Of a DNA stretch of 64,000 bases, positions 28,181-37,079 are shown one piece after another. Below the pieces are notes generated by a model. That model did not search any database and had not been told where the DNA came from. It saw only the letters and a program-made list of their open reading frames with translations. The stretch is taken from positions 357 to 64,356 of the forward strand of contig CAZQZJ010000002.1 in assembly GCA_964597775.1 (NCBI GenBank), given 5' to 3'. Numbering within the stretch: position 1 is the stretch's first letter; every line of letters begins with the position of its first letter. The position numbers and the translations under genes are program-made. This DNA is from an uncultured Methanosarcinales archaeon. Its GTDB lineage: Archaea > Nanobdellota > Nanobdellia > Woesearchaeales > JAGWAF01.

Positions 28181-28917
28181 TACGTAGCCTCCCAGAATGT
28201 GTAAAAAAGCCACCATGCAACGCATCCTGTGATAATTGAGAGAATAATACTGCCTGCAATTTGTATGCCAGAAAGCGACCATAATACATAGCCAAGCAAC
28301 ATTCCAAAGACAAAGATATAGGTAAGTCGTGAATAGAAAAAGTATATAAGTCCATCCAATGTAGGAAGGGGAAGGAAACTCATGATTGCAAATGCAAATG
28401 AGAATCGTGCAAGAGTCCCTAAAATAGGTATGTTTGGCAGGAGTTGAGCAAGGCCATAAGCAAAGCCGCCAAGCAAGAGGCTTGCAATAGGGCCGGCAAT
28501 TGCCACTGCCGCAAGGTCATCACCACTTTCATGATATCTAAAGTGCCCAAGTCTATGTGCTGAAAGGATTTTAATACTAAAATATTCTCCAAAGTAGAGT
28601 TTGATGTTTCCTTTGGAAATAATTGCTATAAGAAGTGAGAAGAATATCCAGTAATAATTAATGCTAATCTCTGGTTTGAGTCGTCGCTTAAGTGCAACAA
28701 TTCTATGTGCTGCATCATGTATAAAAAGCGAGATAGCGATAATGATGCTAGCAGATCCAAAATTAAGAATGCCTTGGCTAAATGAAAATATTTCAGTTCC
28801 CCATTGGTCAAAGGAGAGAATAAATGCAAAGATAAGAATAAGTGTTAATAGGTGATAGCATTCACGTCTGGTAATATAATAGTGTTTGAAAAGATCATTC
28901 CATTCTTTATTTATCAT
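28180..28917 (-). CDS. M50/site-2-protease-like intramembrane metalloprotease with HDxxH variant of HExxH
   Basis: FIHDAAHRIV in a TM helix plus downstream FLPLPTLDGL (M50 LDG motif). Confidence 0.45.
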   Translation of the reverse strand: MINKEWNDLFKHYYITRRECYHLLTLILIFAFILSFDQWGTEIFSFSQGILNFGSASIIIAISLFIHDAAHRIVALKRRLKPEISINYYWIFFSLLIAIISKGNIKLYFGEYFSIKILSAHRLGHFRYHESGDDLAAVAIAGPIASLLLGGFAYGLAQLLPNIPILGTLARFSFAFAIMSFLPLPTLDGLIYFFYSRLTYIFVFGMLLGYVLWSLSGIQIAGSIILSIITGCVAWWLFYTFWEAT

Positions 28918-29618
28918 AGTACCTTTGGTGTTACTATCCTATTTAAATGCTGGTGATATTTTTTTAATAGGTTTATAACTTCTTTTTTGTGTCCTGCACC
29001 TATAATTGCAAGGATATATTTTTCAGGGTGTTTGTGTGTAAGGTGAGCAAGGCGTTGTGCCATTATCTGGTTTCGTTCAACAATAAGTACTTGGTAAACA
29101 TTAGGGTATCTTGTTTTGAGTTGGGTTATTAGTTTTTGTATAAGATGTTGTGGTGGGACTTTGTTTAGGTCAAAAGAGGCAATGGAATTCTTGAATTTTG
29201 ATGCAAAAAGGATGTCATATAAAAAATGGAATTTTTCTTTCCAGGTAAGTGTGTTTGAAAATCGTTTAAGAGTGATAGTGATATCCTGGTCAATAAGTGC
29301 AATAGGAATATGATATTTGTGTGCAAGTTCAATTGCATACTTCATTTCTAAGCCAGGGTTTACCCCAATGCTCTTTCCCATTTTTTCCTCTGCCCATGCG
29401 CCAATTCGTGCAAAAAGATACCCTTTGATGCCTACAGTGCGTATATCAGATAATCTAATTTTATGCTTAGTCGGGTTCAGAAGTGCATGAAATCGGTTGC
29501 TGTCAAGTTCAAGACCTATAATATCAGGTTTATTCTTTTCTATGCTTTTTTGAATAGTATGGATACTTTCTTTAGCAATATGGGATGTACCAAGAATGGT
29601 AATATTTGGGTAGTTCAT
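28914..29618 (-). CDS. TraB/GumN family protein
   Basis: ITILGTSHIAKESI N-terminal motif and ~230-aa size typical of TraB family. Confidence 0.6.
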   Translation of the reverse strand: MNYPNITILGTSHIAKESIHTIQKSIEKNKPDIIGLELDSNRFHALLNPTKHKIRLSDIRTVGIKGYLFARIGAWAEEKMGKSIGVNPGLEMKYAIELAHKYHIPIALIDQDITITLKRFSNTLTWKEKFHFLYDILFASKFKNSIASFDLNKVPPQHLIQKLITQLKTRYPNVYQVLIVERNQIMAQRLAHLTHKHPEKYILAIIGAGHKKEVINLLKKYHQHLNRIVTPKVL

Positions 29619-29694
29619 GATTTAACTACCCTTTGGTTTACAACAAGATTTATATAGATATGCTATGTAGTCAAATCTGTGGAGGAATGTACTC

Positions 29695-29967
29695 ATGCTT
29701 AAACTCAAAAAAGTTTCTGAATGTTATGATATGAAAGTATTTACAGATGCAGGGGAATATTTTGGTGATGTTGAAGAAGCACTTCTTACACAAACCAAAG
29801 TGTCAGGCTGGCGTGTTAGGGCAACAAAGAATTCTATGCTTATCAAATATCTAGGTTCTGCAAAAGGAGTGATTGTGCCGCATCAGCTTGTAAAGAGTAT
29901 AGGAGATATCTTTATAATTAGTAAGGCTGCAGTTCCTAATTATTCAGGAGAATCGGAAGCTGAGTAA
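29695..29967 (+). CDS. PRC-barrel domain protein
   Basis: Short beta-barrel with G.V..G..IG.V.D signature (FGDVEEALL...GWRVR). Confidence 0.5.
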   Translation: MLKLKKVSECYDMKVFTDAGEYFGDVEEALLTQTKVSGWRVRATKNSMLIKYLGSAKGVIVPHQLVKSIGDIFIISKAAVPNYSGESEAE

Positions 29968-30360
29968 ATGAACGCTTTTCTTATCTCTGTTTTTTTTGCG
30001 TGGTTCTTAGCACAGGTTGTAGGAAAGATTATTGCAGCAAGTATTGTAAGACGCAAGTTTTATCTTCGTGCTGCTCTGTTTCAAGCTGGTATGCCTTCAG
30101 CACATGCAGCCTTAGTAAGCGCAGTTTCTGTGGCAACAGGATTTGATCAAGGATTTTATTCAACTCTTTTTTATATTTCATTAGTTTTTGCTATCTTGAT
30201 TATTTATGATGTTTTATTTGTTCGTGCCATGTTTATTCGTAACTCAAATCATACTCTTGTTGATGAGATGTTTCATATTGGTCATCGTCCTGCTGAAGTT
30301 GCTGTTGGAATCCTTATTGGTATACTGACTGTGATACTCATGCAACCATTTTTAACATGA
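29968..30360 (+). CDS. Divergent PAP2 (DUF212/YuiD-like) membrane protein
   Basis: GMPSAHAA motif and 3-4 TM. Confidence 0.55.
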   Translation: MNAFLISVFFAWFLAQVVGKIIAASIVRRKFYLRAALFQAGMPSAHAALVSAVSVATGFDQGFYSTLFYISLVFAILIIYDVLFVRAMFIRNSNHTLVDEMFHIGHRPAEVAVGILIGILTVILMQPFLT

Positions 30361-30364
30361 GTTT

Positions 30365-30943
30365 TTAAGCCTTTTTTTCTTCAGATTTTGGTGCAGGTTC
30401 TTCAGTGATCCAGCGCATGAAAAGAATAATACCAATAATAAGGATTAGTGATGCAACAGCTGTACTTGACCACTGTTTTGCAAGATAGTCTAGTCCGTAC
30501 TCAAGCCAGCTTTCCCGTGTGCCTTCAAATTTGATGGCGTTGAGGAAAATAAGAACAACTCCAATAAACATAATCCATACAAATGCTGTGCGCCAGCCTC
30601 CTTGGAGTGCAACGTCTTCTCCTTCTTTGTAAAAGCTGCCAATAAGAAGTAGGAACAAAATTGAGAGCATAAGCAGGATAACTACTTGTGAGGATACTGT
30701 TGTAATAATCTCAACAAGTTGTGCAGATGCAATAACTAAGAATGAGATAACAAATGCAGTCATACTGTTAAGGTTTTTGTTAGGATATTTTTCTCCTTTG
30801 ACACTTACTGTTCCAAGAATCCTAGTTTTTTCAAGGATAGCAAAAACAATGGTAAAAACAAGGAGGAATGGAAGCACGACATCATATATTCCTATTTTAA
30901 TAAAAAAATCAATAATTCCTCCAAAAACAGATTCGCGCACCAT
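30365..30943 (-). CDS. Integral membrane protein, hypothetical
   Basis: 5-6 TM ORF, 192 aa. Confidence 0.35.
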   Translation of the reverse strand: MVRESVFGGIIDFFIKIGIYDVVLPFLLVFTIVFAILEKTRILGTVSVKGEKYPNKNLNSMTAFVISFLVIASAQLVEIITTVSSQVVILLMLSILFLLLIGSFYKEGEDVALQGGWRTAFVWIMFIGVVLIFLNAIKFEGTRESWLEYGLDYLAKQWSSTAVASLILIIGIILFMRWITEEPAPKSEEKKA

Positions 30944-30996
30944 CTCTAATCTCTGCCTAGTGCTCTATATAAATCTTTTCGCAACTGCGTTAAGAT

Positions 30997-31395
30997 ATGG
31001 GCTTTATTTTGGGTTTTGCGAAAGCAAAAATCATGGGAACATTTAAATATGTAATTATAGGGGATTCAGGTATGGTATTAACATTGTATGATTGGGCATA
31101 TGGTATTGGGCAACTTTCTGCAGTCTTTTTATCAATTATTGCTGGTCTTATTGCTATTTCTATGTTTCGTCTCGCGCGCAGACAACCTTTGTTACGTGGT
31201 TGGAAGTTTTTAATCTGGTCACTAGTGCTCTTTGCAGTTGAGGAAGTTGTTGGGGCTCTGCGAACCTTTGGTGTGTCTTGGTATTTTTCTGATTCTCCTT
31301 GGCTTACGCATGTTATTCCAACCTTTGTATTAGCGCTTCTTATTGTTGCATTATCAAATCAAATTAATATTAACAAAGGGTGGTATCATGAGTGA
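30997..31395 (+). CDS. Small integral membrane protein, hypothetical (paralog of next gene)
   Basis: 4 TM; ATGAGTGA overlap with downstream paralog. Confidence 0.35.
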   Translation: MGFILGFAKAKIMGTFKYVIIGDSGMVLTLYDWAYGIGQLSAVFLSIIAGLIAISMFRLARRQPLLRGWKFLIWSLVLFAVEEVVGALRTFGVSWYFSDSPWLTHVIPTFVLALLIVALSNQININKGWYHE

Positions 31396-31786
31396 TATTG
31401 GCGTTGCTCTAGGAATGACAGCACCGTATTATAATCTTGGCTTTGTTATTGTGGTAGTATATCTTTTTATTGAATTATTTAGGACAGCGCAGGAGAATGA
31501 GAATGTGTATATTGCGCCATGGGTGTATTTATTTGGTGCTGTTATTACTTTTGTAATAGAAGAGGCACTTACTGTGTTACGTGCTGTTGGTGGAGTGCAA
31601 ATAGGACGGCAGATTAATGGATTCTTTGAATTAGTGATAATTATACTATTCTTGTATGCTCTTATGTTGCAGCATCAATATGTTAAGAATGTGTTTACGC
31701 ATCCGTCAGTAAATGCCTCAAGTGTATTAACTTCATCACCAGTTAACAGTTCAAAAACTGTTAAGGCAAAATCATCAAGCCGATAA
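31388..31786 (+). CDS. Small integral membrane protein, hypothetical (paralog of previous gene)
   Basis: 4 TM, shared EE(A/V)..LR motif. Confidence 0.35.
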   Translation: MSDIGVALGMTAPYYNLGFVIVVVYLFIELFRTAQENENVYIAPWVYLFGAVITFVIEEALTVLRAVGGVQIGRQINGFFELVIIILFLYALMLQHQYVKNVFTHPSVNASSVLTSSPVNSSKTVKAKSSSR

Positions 31787-31805
31787 TCTTCGGTGATTGC
31801 TTATG

Positions 31806-31900
31806 TTCTGCATTGGATATATTTACCAATTTCGGGTTTAAAAAATAAGAATTATGCTCCCTAAATGTGAGCAGATCTGTTGCGGTTCTAATTTTTTATT
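31806..31900. repeat. Intergenic module X, degenerate copy 3 (TATA-like part conserved, hairpin diverged), in convergent gap
   Basis: ttctgcattggatatatttaccaattt...tttaaaaaata...aattttttatt aligns to X1/X2. Confidence 0.4.
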
Positions 31901-32187
31901 CGTGTGTATTTTTTGCAGGAAAAGCATGTTATAATAACTGTTCCTTTTCTGGTTCTGATTCTTGCATTAATCCCGCTAATAAGATAGTGATAGCAATGTT
32001 TGCAAAATCTTCGTTTGTATAGTGCTGGAATACGTACATTGAATCGTGTGGAAATGTTGCGTGCAAGTTGAACATATCTATTGGCAAGATCAATTCTATT
32101 TGATGATATCACTGCTGCTTCTTCAAATAATGTATGGATTCGTTCTCGTGCAATAGCACGTTCTTTTGATTTTTGTTGTGGTTTCAT
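31888..32187 (-). CDS. rnp4: RNase P protein subunit Rpp21/Rpr2 (zinc ribbon)
   Basis: RYVQLARNISTRFNVRIPALYKRRFCKHC...ITCFSCKKY matches Rpr2 family pattern. Confidence 0.75.
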   Translation of the reverse strand: MKPQQKSKERAIARERIHTLFEEAAVISSNRIDLANRYVQLARNISTRFNVRIPALYKRRFCKHCYHYLISGINARIRTRKGTVIITCFSCKKYTRIKN

Positions 32188-33314
32188 CTTTGTAGTGCAG
32201 TGATTCCAGGGAGTTTTTTCCCCTCTAAGTATTCAATACTTGCGCCGCCTCCTGTTGAGATGTATGTGATGTTATTCTCAAGTCCTAGTTTGTATAATAT
32301 TGTTGCAGAATCTCCTCCTCCCACAATAGTTGTTGCAGGTGATTGTGCAAGTGCTTGTGCAATTCTTTGTGTTCCAGTAAGAAATGCTTTGTGTTCATAT
32401 GCTCCAAGAGGTCCTGCCCAGAGAATGGTTTTTGTTTTTTTAATTATCTTTTTTAGTAAAGAAACAGTTGCTGGTCCAATATCAAGGATTTTTTCTTTTG
32501 GTTTAATCTCATTGATATAACATGTTCTTGGTATTGCATTTATATTTGTAGCAACTACAGCATCAATAGGGAGAATAATGCGTTGGTCGTGTGCAAAATG
32601 TTTAGCAAGAGAGATTGCTTGTAGATCTATTGTAGATGATCCTATTTGTTTACCGCGTGCTGCAAGAAGTATGTTTCCAAGTATTCCTCCAACAAATATC
32701 CAGTCAGCCTTATTTAAAAGTCCTTTGAGCAAAGAAATTTTGTCTGGCTTTCCACCGCCAATGATGGCAAGGTATGGTTTTTTTGGATGAATTGCAATAG
32801 AGAGGTTATCCATTTCTTTTTTAAGAAGAAGTCCTGCAAAGCTTGGTATGTATTTAGTGATTGCATAGATGCTTGCATGTGGTCTATGGCAACTGCCAAA
32901 GGCGTCGTTGACATATATATCTGCAAGTGATGCAAGTTGTTTTGCAAATTGTTTATTATTTTGTTCTTCTTCTGGGTAGAATCTAAGATTTTCAAGTAAC
33001 ACTACTGGTTTTGTACTAATCTTGATTCCAATGCAACTGGGTGCAGCATAAACTTTTTGGTGAAGGAGTCTTGTGAGTTGTGTTGCAATGGGTTTCATCC
33101 GTAGGTTGTTTCTTATTTTTCCATCTGGTCTGCCAAGGTGGCTCATTATAATAAGTTGTTTTGGTTTTTTAGAAAGAATGTATTTGAGTGTTGGTAGTGC
33201 AGCTCTTATGCGTGAATTGTTTAGGATGTGTTGGTTTTGTATAGGGACATTAAAATCTGTGCGAACAAGAACTCGTTTTCCTTTGATTGGTGCTTTGAGA
33301 ATACTGTGTATCAT
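32184..33314 (-). CDS. pgk: Phosphoglycerate kinase
   Basis: N-terminal RVDFNVP, C-terminal GGGDS and STGGGASIEYLEGKKLPGI motifs. Confidence 0.9.
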   Translation of the reverse strand: MIHSILKAPIKGKRVLVRTDFNVPIQNQHILNNSRIRAALPTLKYILSKKPKQLIIMSHLGRPDGKIRNNLRMKPIATQLTRLLHQKVYAAPSCIGIKISTKPVVLLENLRFYPEEEQNNKQFAKQLASLADIYVNDAFGSCHRPHASIYAITKYIPSFAGLLLKKEMDNLSIAIHPKKPYLAIIGGGKPDKISLLKGLLNKADWIFVGGILGNILLAARGKQIGSSTIDLQAISLAKHFAHDQRIILPIDAVVATNINAIPRTCYINEIKPKEKILDIGPATVSLLKKIIKKTKTILWAGPLGAYEHKAFLTGTQRIAQALAQSPATTIVGGGDSATILYKLGLENNITYISTGGGASIEYLEGKKLPGITALQR

Positions 33315-33359
33315 ATGAGAAATGATTAGGGATAGTGATATATCTGTGTTTCGTAAGTT

Positions 33360-34577
33360 CTAGGTATCATTCTCTTGTTTATCTTTAACCTTGTATATAG
33401 CAGTTGTGTCGTCATGATAAACTAGTTCAAATCCTTTAATAGTACGTAATGTGTTCATCTGATTAAGCAGTGGGTCTTCAGAGGTTTGGGCAAGTAGTTC
33501 ATAAAGAGGTATAGTGTGGATATCGCTTATTGTTACAAGTACGTATGATACATTTTTTTCTAGGAGAGTCTGTGCAGCAGTGTTTGGATCAGATGTAGTA
33601 AAAAAACTAGCAATAAGTGTTCCTGTGTGTTGAGATGATTGTGGTCCATATCTTTCTTCATCCCAGTATGGTTTATCTTGGATAGTATAGTCACCTAATG
33701 AAAACACTGTTTTATTATCTGCATCATCTGGTTGAATATTTATAGGGACTGTTGTTGCAACAACATTTCTTTTAGTTGTGGCGCGGATTATGTGTCCAAG
33801 TTCCCAATTGGTGATAAATACATCGTTTGGCAGTGTGTGTTTGGTAATCCAGGAAAATGCTTGATCAAGATCTGGTCTGCGTAGGATCCAAGAATATGTG
33901 TGTTCTTCTGTTGTATAGGATATTGTTGGAGCAAATATAAGGTCACAGGCACCAGGAAGATCGGTTTGGTAACAGCGTGTACTATCATTTGTTGTAATAC
34001 CTTGGCATATGCTTTGAAGAGAATAATTTGAAAATGCACAATCCTTAGTGTTCATCTTGTGTGTTGTTCTGCATGGATAATTTGTGGCAATACAGTCAAT
34101 GGTCCTATCAAGAAATCCATAAAGGCAAATGTCTTTGAGTTCAGGATTCTGTATAGAATTACATTGGGTAATATCATCATAAGTAAATGATAAATAAATC
34201 TTGCAATGATCACTAATACTGGTGTTGCTTATCAGGTTGCAGGTATGAGTGTCTGTCTGTTTTGATTCATGACATCCAAATCCTTGGTTGTCCTGAATGC
34301 ATGAGGCATAGTTTCTATTTCTTTGGCAAAGGTTGTTTTTTTCAATACAAGTATTGGTTTGAATTGTGTTATTGACAACCTGTTCAAACAAGCATAGCTG
34401 TTTTTGTGATTCTGTGAGATTATCACAAGAAGGTGTGGGAAATGTTAAAATAGTTTTAGAATCTTGTAGATTCCCTAATAGAATCGTTGGTTCTGATTTA
34501 GTTGCTGCTTGTTCAGATGTACATGCTGCTATAAATATGAGTAGTATACTTATTGTGATAGTAATATAATGTGGCAT
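33360..34577 (-). CDS. Secreted/lipoprotein-like Cys-rich protein, hypothetical
   Basis: Signal peptide with FIAACTS lipobox-like site; >20 Cys. Confidence 0.4.
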   Translation of the reverse strand: MPHYITITISILLIFIAACTSEQAATKSEPTILLGNLQDSKTILTFPTPSCDNLTESQKQLCLFEQVVNNTIQTNTCIEKNNLCQRNRNYASCIQDNQGFGCHESKQTDTHTCNLISNTSISDHCKIYLSFTYDDITQCNSIQNPELKDICLYGFLDRTIDCIATNYPCRTTHKMNTKDCAFSNYSLQSICQGITTNDSTRCYQTDLPGACDLIFAPTISYTTEEHTYSWILRRPDLDQAFSWITKHTLPNDVFITNWELGHIIRATTKRNVVATTVPINIQPDDADNKTVFSLGDYTIQDKPYWDEERYGPQSSQHTGTLIASFFTTSDPNTAAQTLLEKNVSYVLVTISDIHTIPLYELLAQTSEDPLLNQMNTLRTIKGFELVYHDDTTAIYKVKDKQENDT

Positions 34578-34587
34578 GGTAGGTTAT

Positions 34588-35331
34588 TTAGTCATCTTCT
34601 ACTCTTGGTGCGAGAATAAATGCAAGTAATACACGGTCAACAACCTTATAATCAAGTCTAAGAGGGTAATCTTGGTTAAAACTGATTTCGACTGTTTCAG
34701 CAAGTTTGCTGCCGTTCATCATTTTTTTGAGGTATTCAATAGAATATCTGGCACGTAATCTTTCATGTGATGTAGTAATGATTGTATCTTTTGATGCAGG
34801 AATATCAACATTTGCTTTGGATAGGTCTCCTTCAGCGCGAATAACTAGTTTGTCTGGATGTGCAGTAAAGGCAACGCTTTCAGCTACTATTCCAACATCC
34901 TCGATAGCATCATTAAGTGTGTTGCATAGCATTTTGATACTAACAGGAAGATCAAGTTGTGGCACACGTTGTTCTCTTTTATCCATTTCAATGATTGGTA
35001 CAGAGAATGTTCGTGTTGAGCTTGATGCGAGAATGATGTGAAGCATGTTATCCTCTTCTAAGGAGAGTGTAAGTTGGTCGCTTGGTTTTACCCTGCGCAG
35101 AATTTGTTTAAGATTATTAAGATCAATGCAGATTTCAGTATCCTTTTCAAGTGTGTATTCAGAGAAGCAGGATGCAAGAAGTTTAAATACAACCATGGCA
35201 ACATTGGCAGGATCCATAGCAACAAGTTCAATGCTATTTTTCGTGATTTTAAAGCGTGCTTCATTAACAAGTTCTGAGATAACTGCTATGCTATCTTTAA
35301 GATATGCTGGATCAATAAGTGTAAGTTTCAT
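34588..35331 (-). CDS. pcn: DNA polymerase sliding clamp PCNA
   Basis: 247 aa, two-domain PCNA pattern, C-terminal acidic tail. Confidence 0.9.
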   Translation of the reverse strand: MKLTLIDPAYLKDSIAVISELVNEARFKITKNSIELVAMDPANVAMVVFKLLASCFSEYTLEKDTEICIDLNNLKQILRRVKPSDQLTLSLEEDNMLHIILASSSTRTFSVPIIEMDKREQRVPQLDLPVSIKMLCNTLNDAIEDVGIVAESVAFTAHPDKLVIRAEGDLSKANVDIPASKDTIITTSHERLRARYSIEYLKKMMNGSKLAETVEISFNQDYPLRLDYKVVDRVLLAFILAPRVEDD

Positions 35332-35379
35332 GCTTATACCGCGGGATTATTAGTTATTATTTAAAATCTTCGTTCAGGT

Positions 35380-35638
35380 GTACTTGTTAAGTCTGGTGTT
35401 ATGCAGAGGCGCTGGCGTGGAACGCAACAATGTCGCATTTCTACCTTGTGCACAGCGAAAGCCGAAGGACTCGATTGTGCCAAGATGCGAGCACTATTAT
35501 GAATTTCTACGCAAACCTAAGGAGGTTCCAGATACAAGGGTTTCTTTGAATAGTTCTGTGAAGTGCGAGCGGCGTTGTGTGTTTGCGAGTGCAAAAACAA
35601 GCCAGCGCCTCTGCAATCGATGGGGGTCTAACAAGTAC
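35380..35638 (+). ncRNA. Structured repeat element E, copy 2 (with ~50-nt internal insertion relative to copy 1)
   Basis: Terminal helix gtacttgtta.../...taacaagtac, conserved 90-nt core, compensatory stem change vs copy 1. Confidence 0.45.
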
Positions 35639-35640
35639 GT

Positions 35641-37026
35641 TCAGGTGAGGCGTAGTGTTTCTCCATTATTCATTGGGTGTATTGTTTGGTCTATATGGTA
35701 TCCTAGTTCGTCACTAAGTTTGTGGAATGAATCCATCATGATATGTCCTCCATGTGAAGGGATTAGGTGTTGTGGTTTGAGGTATTTGAGAAGGTCGCGA
35801 AGATCCTCTTTGCTTGCATGTCCTGATACATGAACATCCTTAAAAATGCGTACACCAAATTTTTTAAGATCTGCTTCAAGTTCAGCTCTATTTTGTTCAT
35901 TAATTTGTGTTGGGATTACTTTGCAAGAAAAGATGATGTGGTCTTCTGTTTTAAAAGTGAATGGTAACACTCCATGTGTCATTCTGTGTAGTACAGATTT
36001 TGGTTCTCCTTGGTGGCCAGTAGCAACAATGACGTATTTGTCTCGTTTTTTATTAATTTTAGTAAGAATTTGTGCAACATGTTTTGGATATTTGACAATT
36101 TCAACAGTATCAAAATGTATAAGTCCGCAGGCTATTGCAGCTTCCACATATTTTGAAAGTGAGCGTCCAAGAAAAACAACCTTGCGATTAAGTTTTCGTG
36201 AAAATTCCACAATTGATTTAAGTCTGGCAATATGGCTTGAGAATGTGGTAACAATGATTGCCTTGCCTTTACTATTTACAGAAAGCATAACTTCTTGTAG
36301 CATTTGTCGTGCTACACTTTCTGATGGCGTTTTTCCTTCTAATGGTGCATAAAGGCATTCTGAAATAAGTAAAGCAACGCCTTTGTTTCCAATAGATTCA
36401 AGTAGTTGATATGGTGGTTTTTTGCCTATGATAGGTGTATTATCAAGTTTGAAATCATTTGCATATACAATTGCGCCGTATGGTGTGTGAAGTACAACAA
36501 GGCATGAGTGTGGGGTTGAATGTGTGATTTCTATTAATTGTATTGCAAGAGTAGTTGTGAGTTGAATAAGTTTATTCATATCAGTTACAATCAATTCATT
36601 AGGAAGATGAATATGTTCGTCAGATAATATGCGTTTTATGACTTCTAGTGTGAATGGTGATGCTATAATTGGTGCATTGTATTTAGCAGCAAGGTATGGA
36701 ATAGCTCCAATATGGTCAAGATGTGCATGAGAAGGAATAATCGCGCGTACCTGATTCTTCCAATCAGCAATAATTGAGTCATCTGGTATTGCTTGGGCAT
36801 TAATAAGTTGTTGAGTAGAGATTTTAACAAGATCCTCTTCTTCAGTAATATTGATATAGTTGGGAAGATGAATCCCCATATCAATAATGATTACATCATT
36901 ATCAATCTTAATAGCAGTCATATTTTTGCCAATTTCACCATATCCTCCAATTGCACGCACTTCAATTCCCATAGAATACTGTTGAAAAGTCAGCTTAATA
37001 ATCCTATCGTTCAAAGAAAAAATCAT
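35641..37026 (-). CDS. Archaeal RNase J-like beta-CASP metallo-beta-lactamase ribonuclease
   Basis: HxHxDH motif (PSHAHLDHIGA), beta-CASP region, ~460 aa. Confidence 0.75.
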   Translation of the reverse strand: MIFSLNDRIIKLTFQQYSMGIEVRAIGGYGEIGKNMTAIKIDNDVIIIDMGIHLPNYINITEEEDLVKISTQQLINAQAIPDDSIIADWKNQVRAIIPSHAHLDHIGAIPYLAAKYNAPIIASPFTLEVIKRILSDEHIHLPNELIVTDMNKLIQLTTTLAIQLIEITHSTPHSCLVVLHTPYGAIVYANDFKLDNTPIIGKKPPYQLLESIGNKGVALLISECLYAPLEGKTPSESVARQMLQEVMLSVNSKGKAIIVTTFSSHIARLKSIVEFSRKLNRKVVFLGRSLSKYVEAAIACGLIHFDTVEIVKYPKHVAQILTKINKKRDKYVIVATGHQGEPKSVLHRMTHGVLPFTFKTEDHIIFSCKVIPTQINEQNRAELEADLKKFGVRIFKDVHVSGHASKEDLRDLLKYLKPQHLIPSHGGHIMMDSFHKLSDELGYHIDQTIHPMNNGETLRLT

Positions 37027-37079
37027 TCTCAGATAATATCGGTGGTAATGAGAATGGGAATAATGATAGTAAGATGTGG

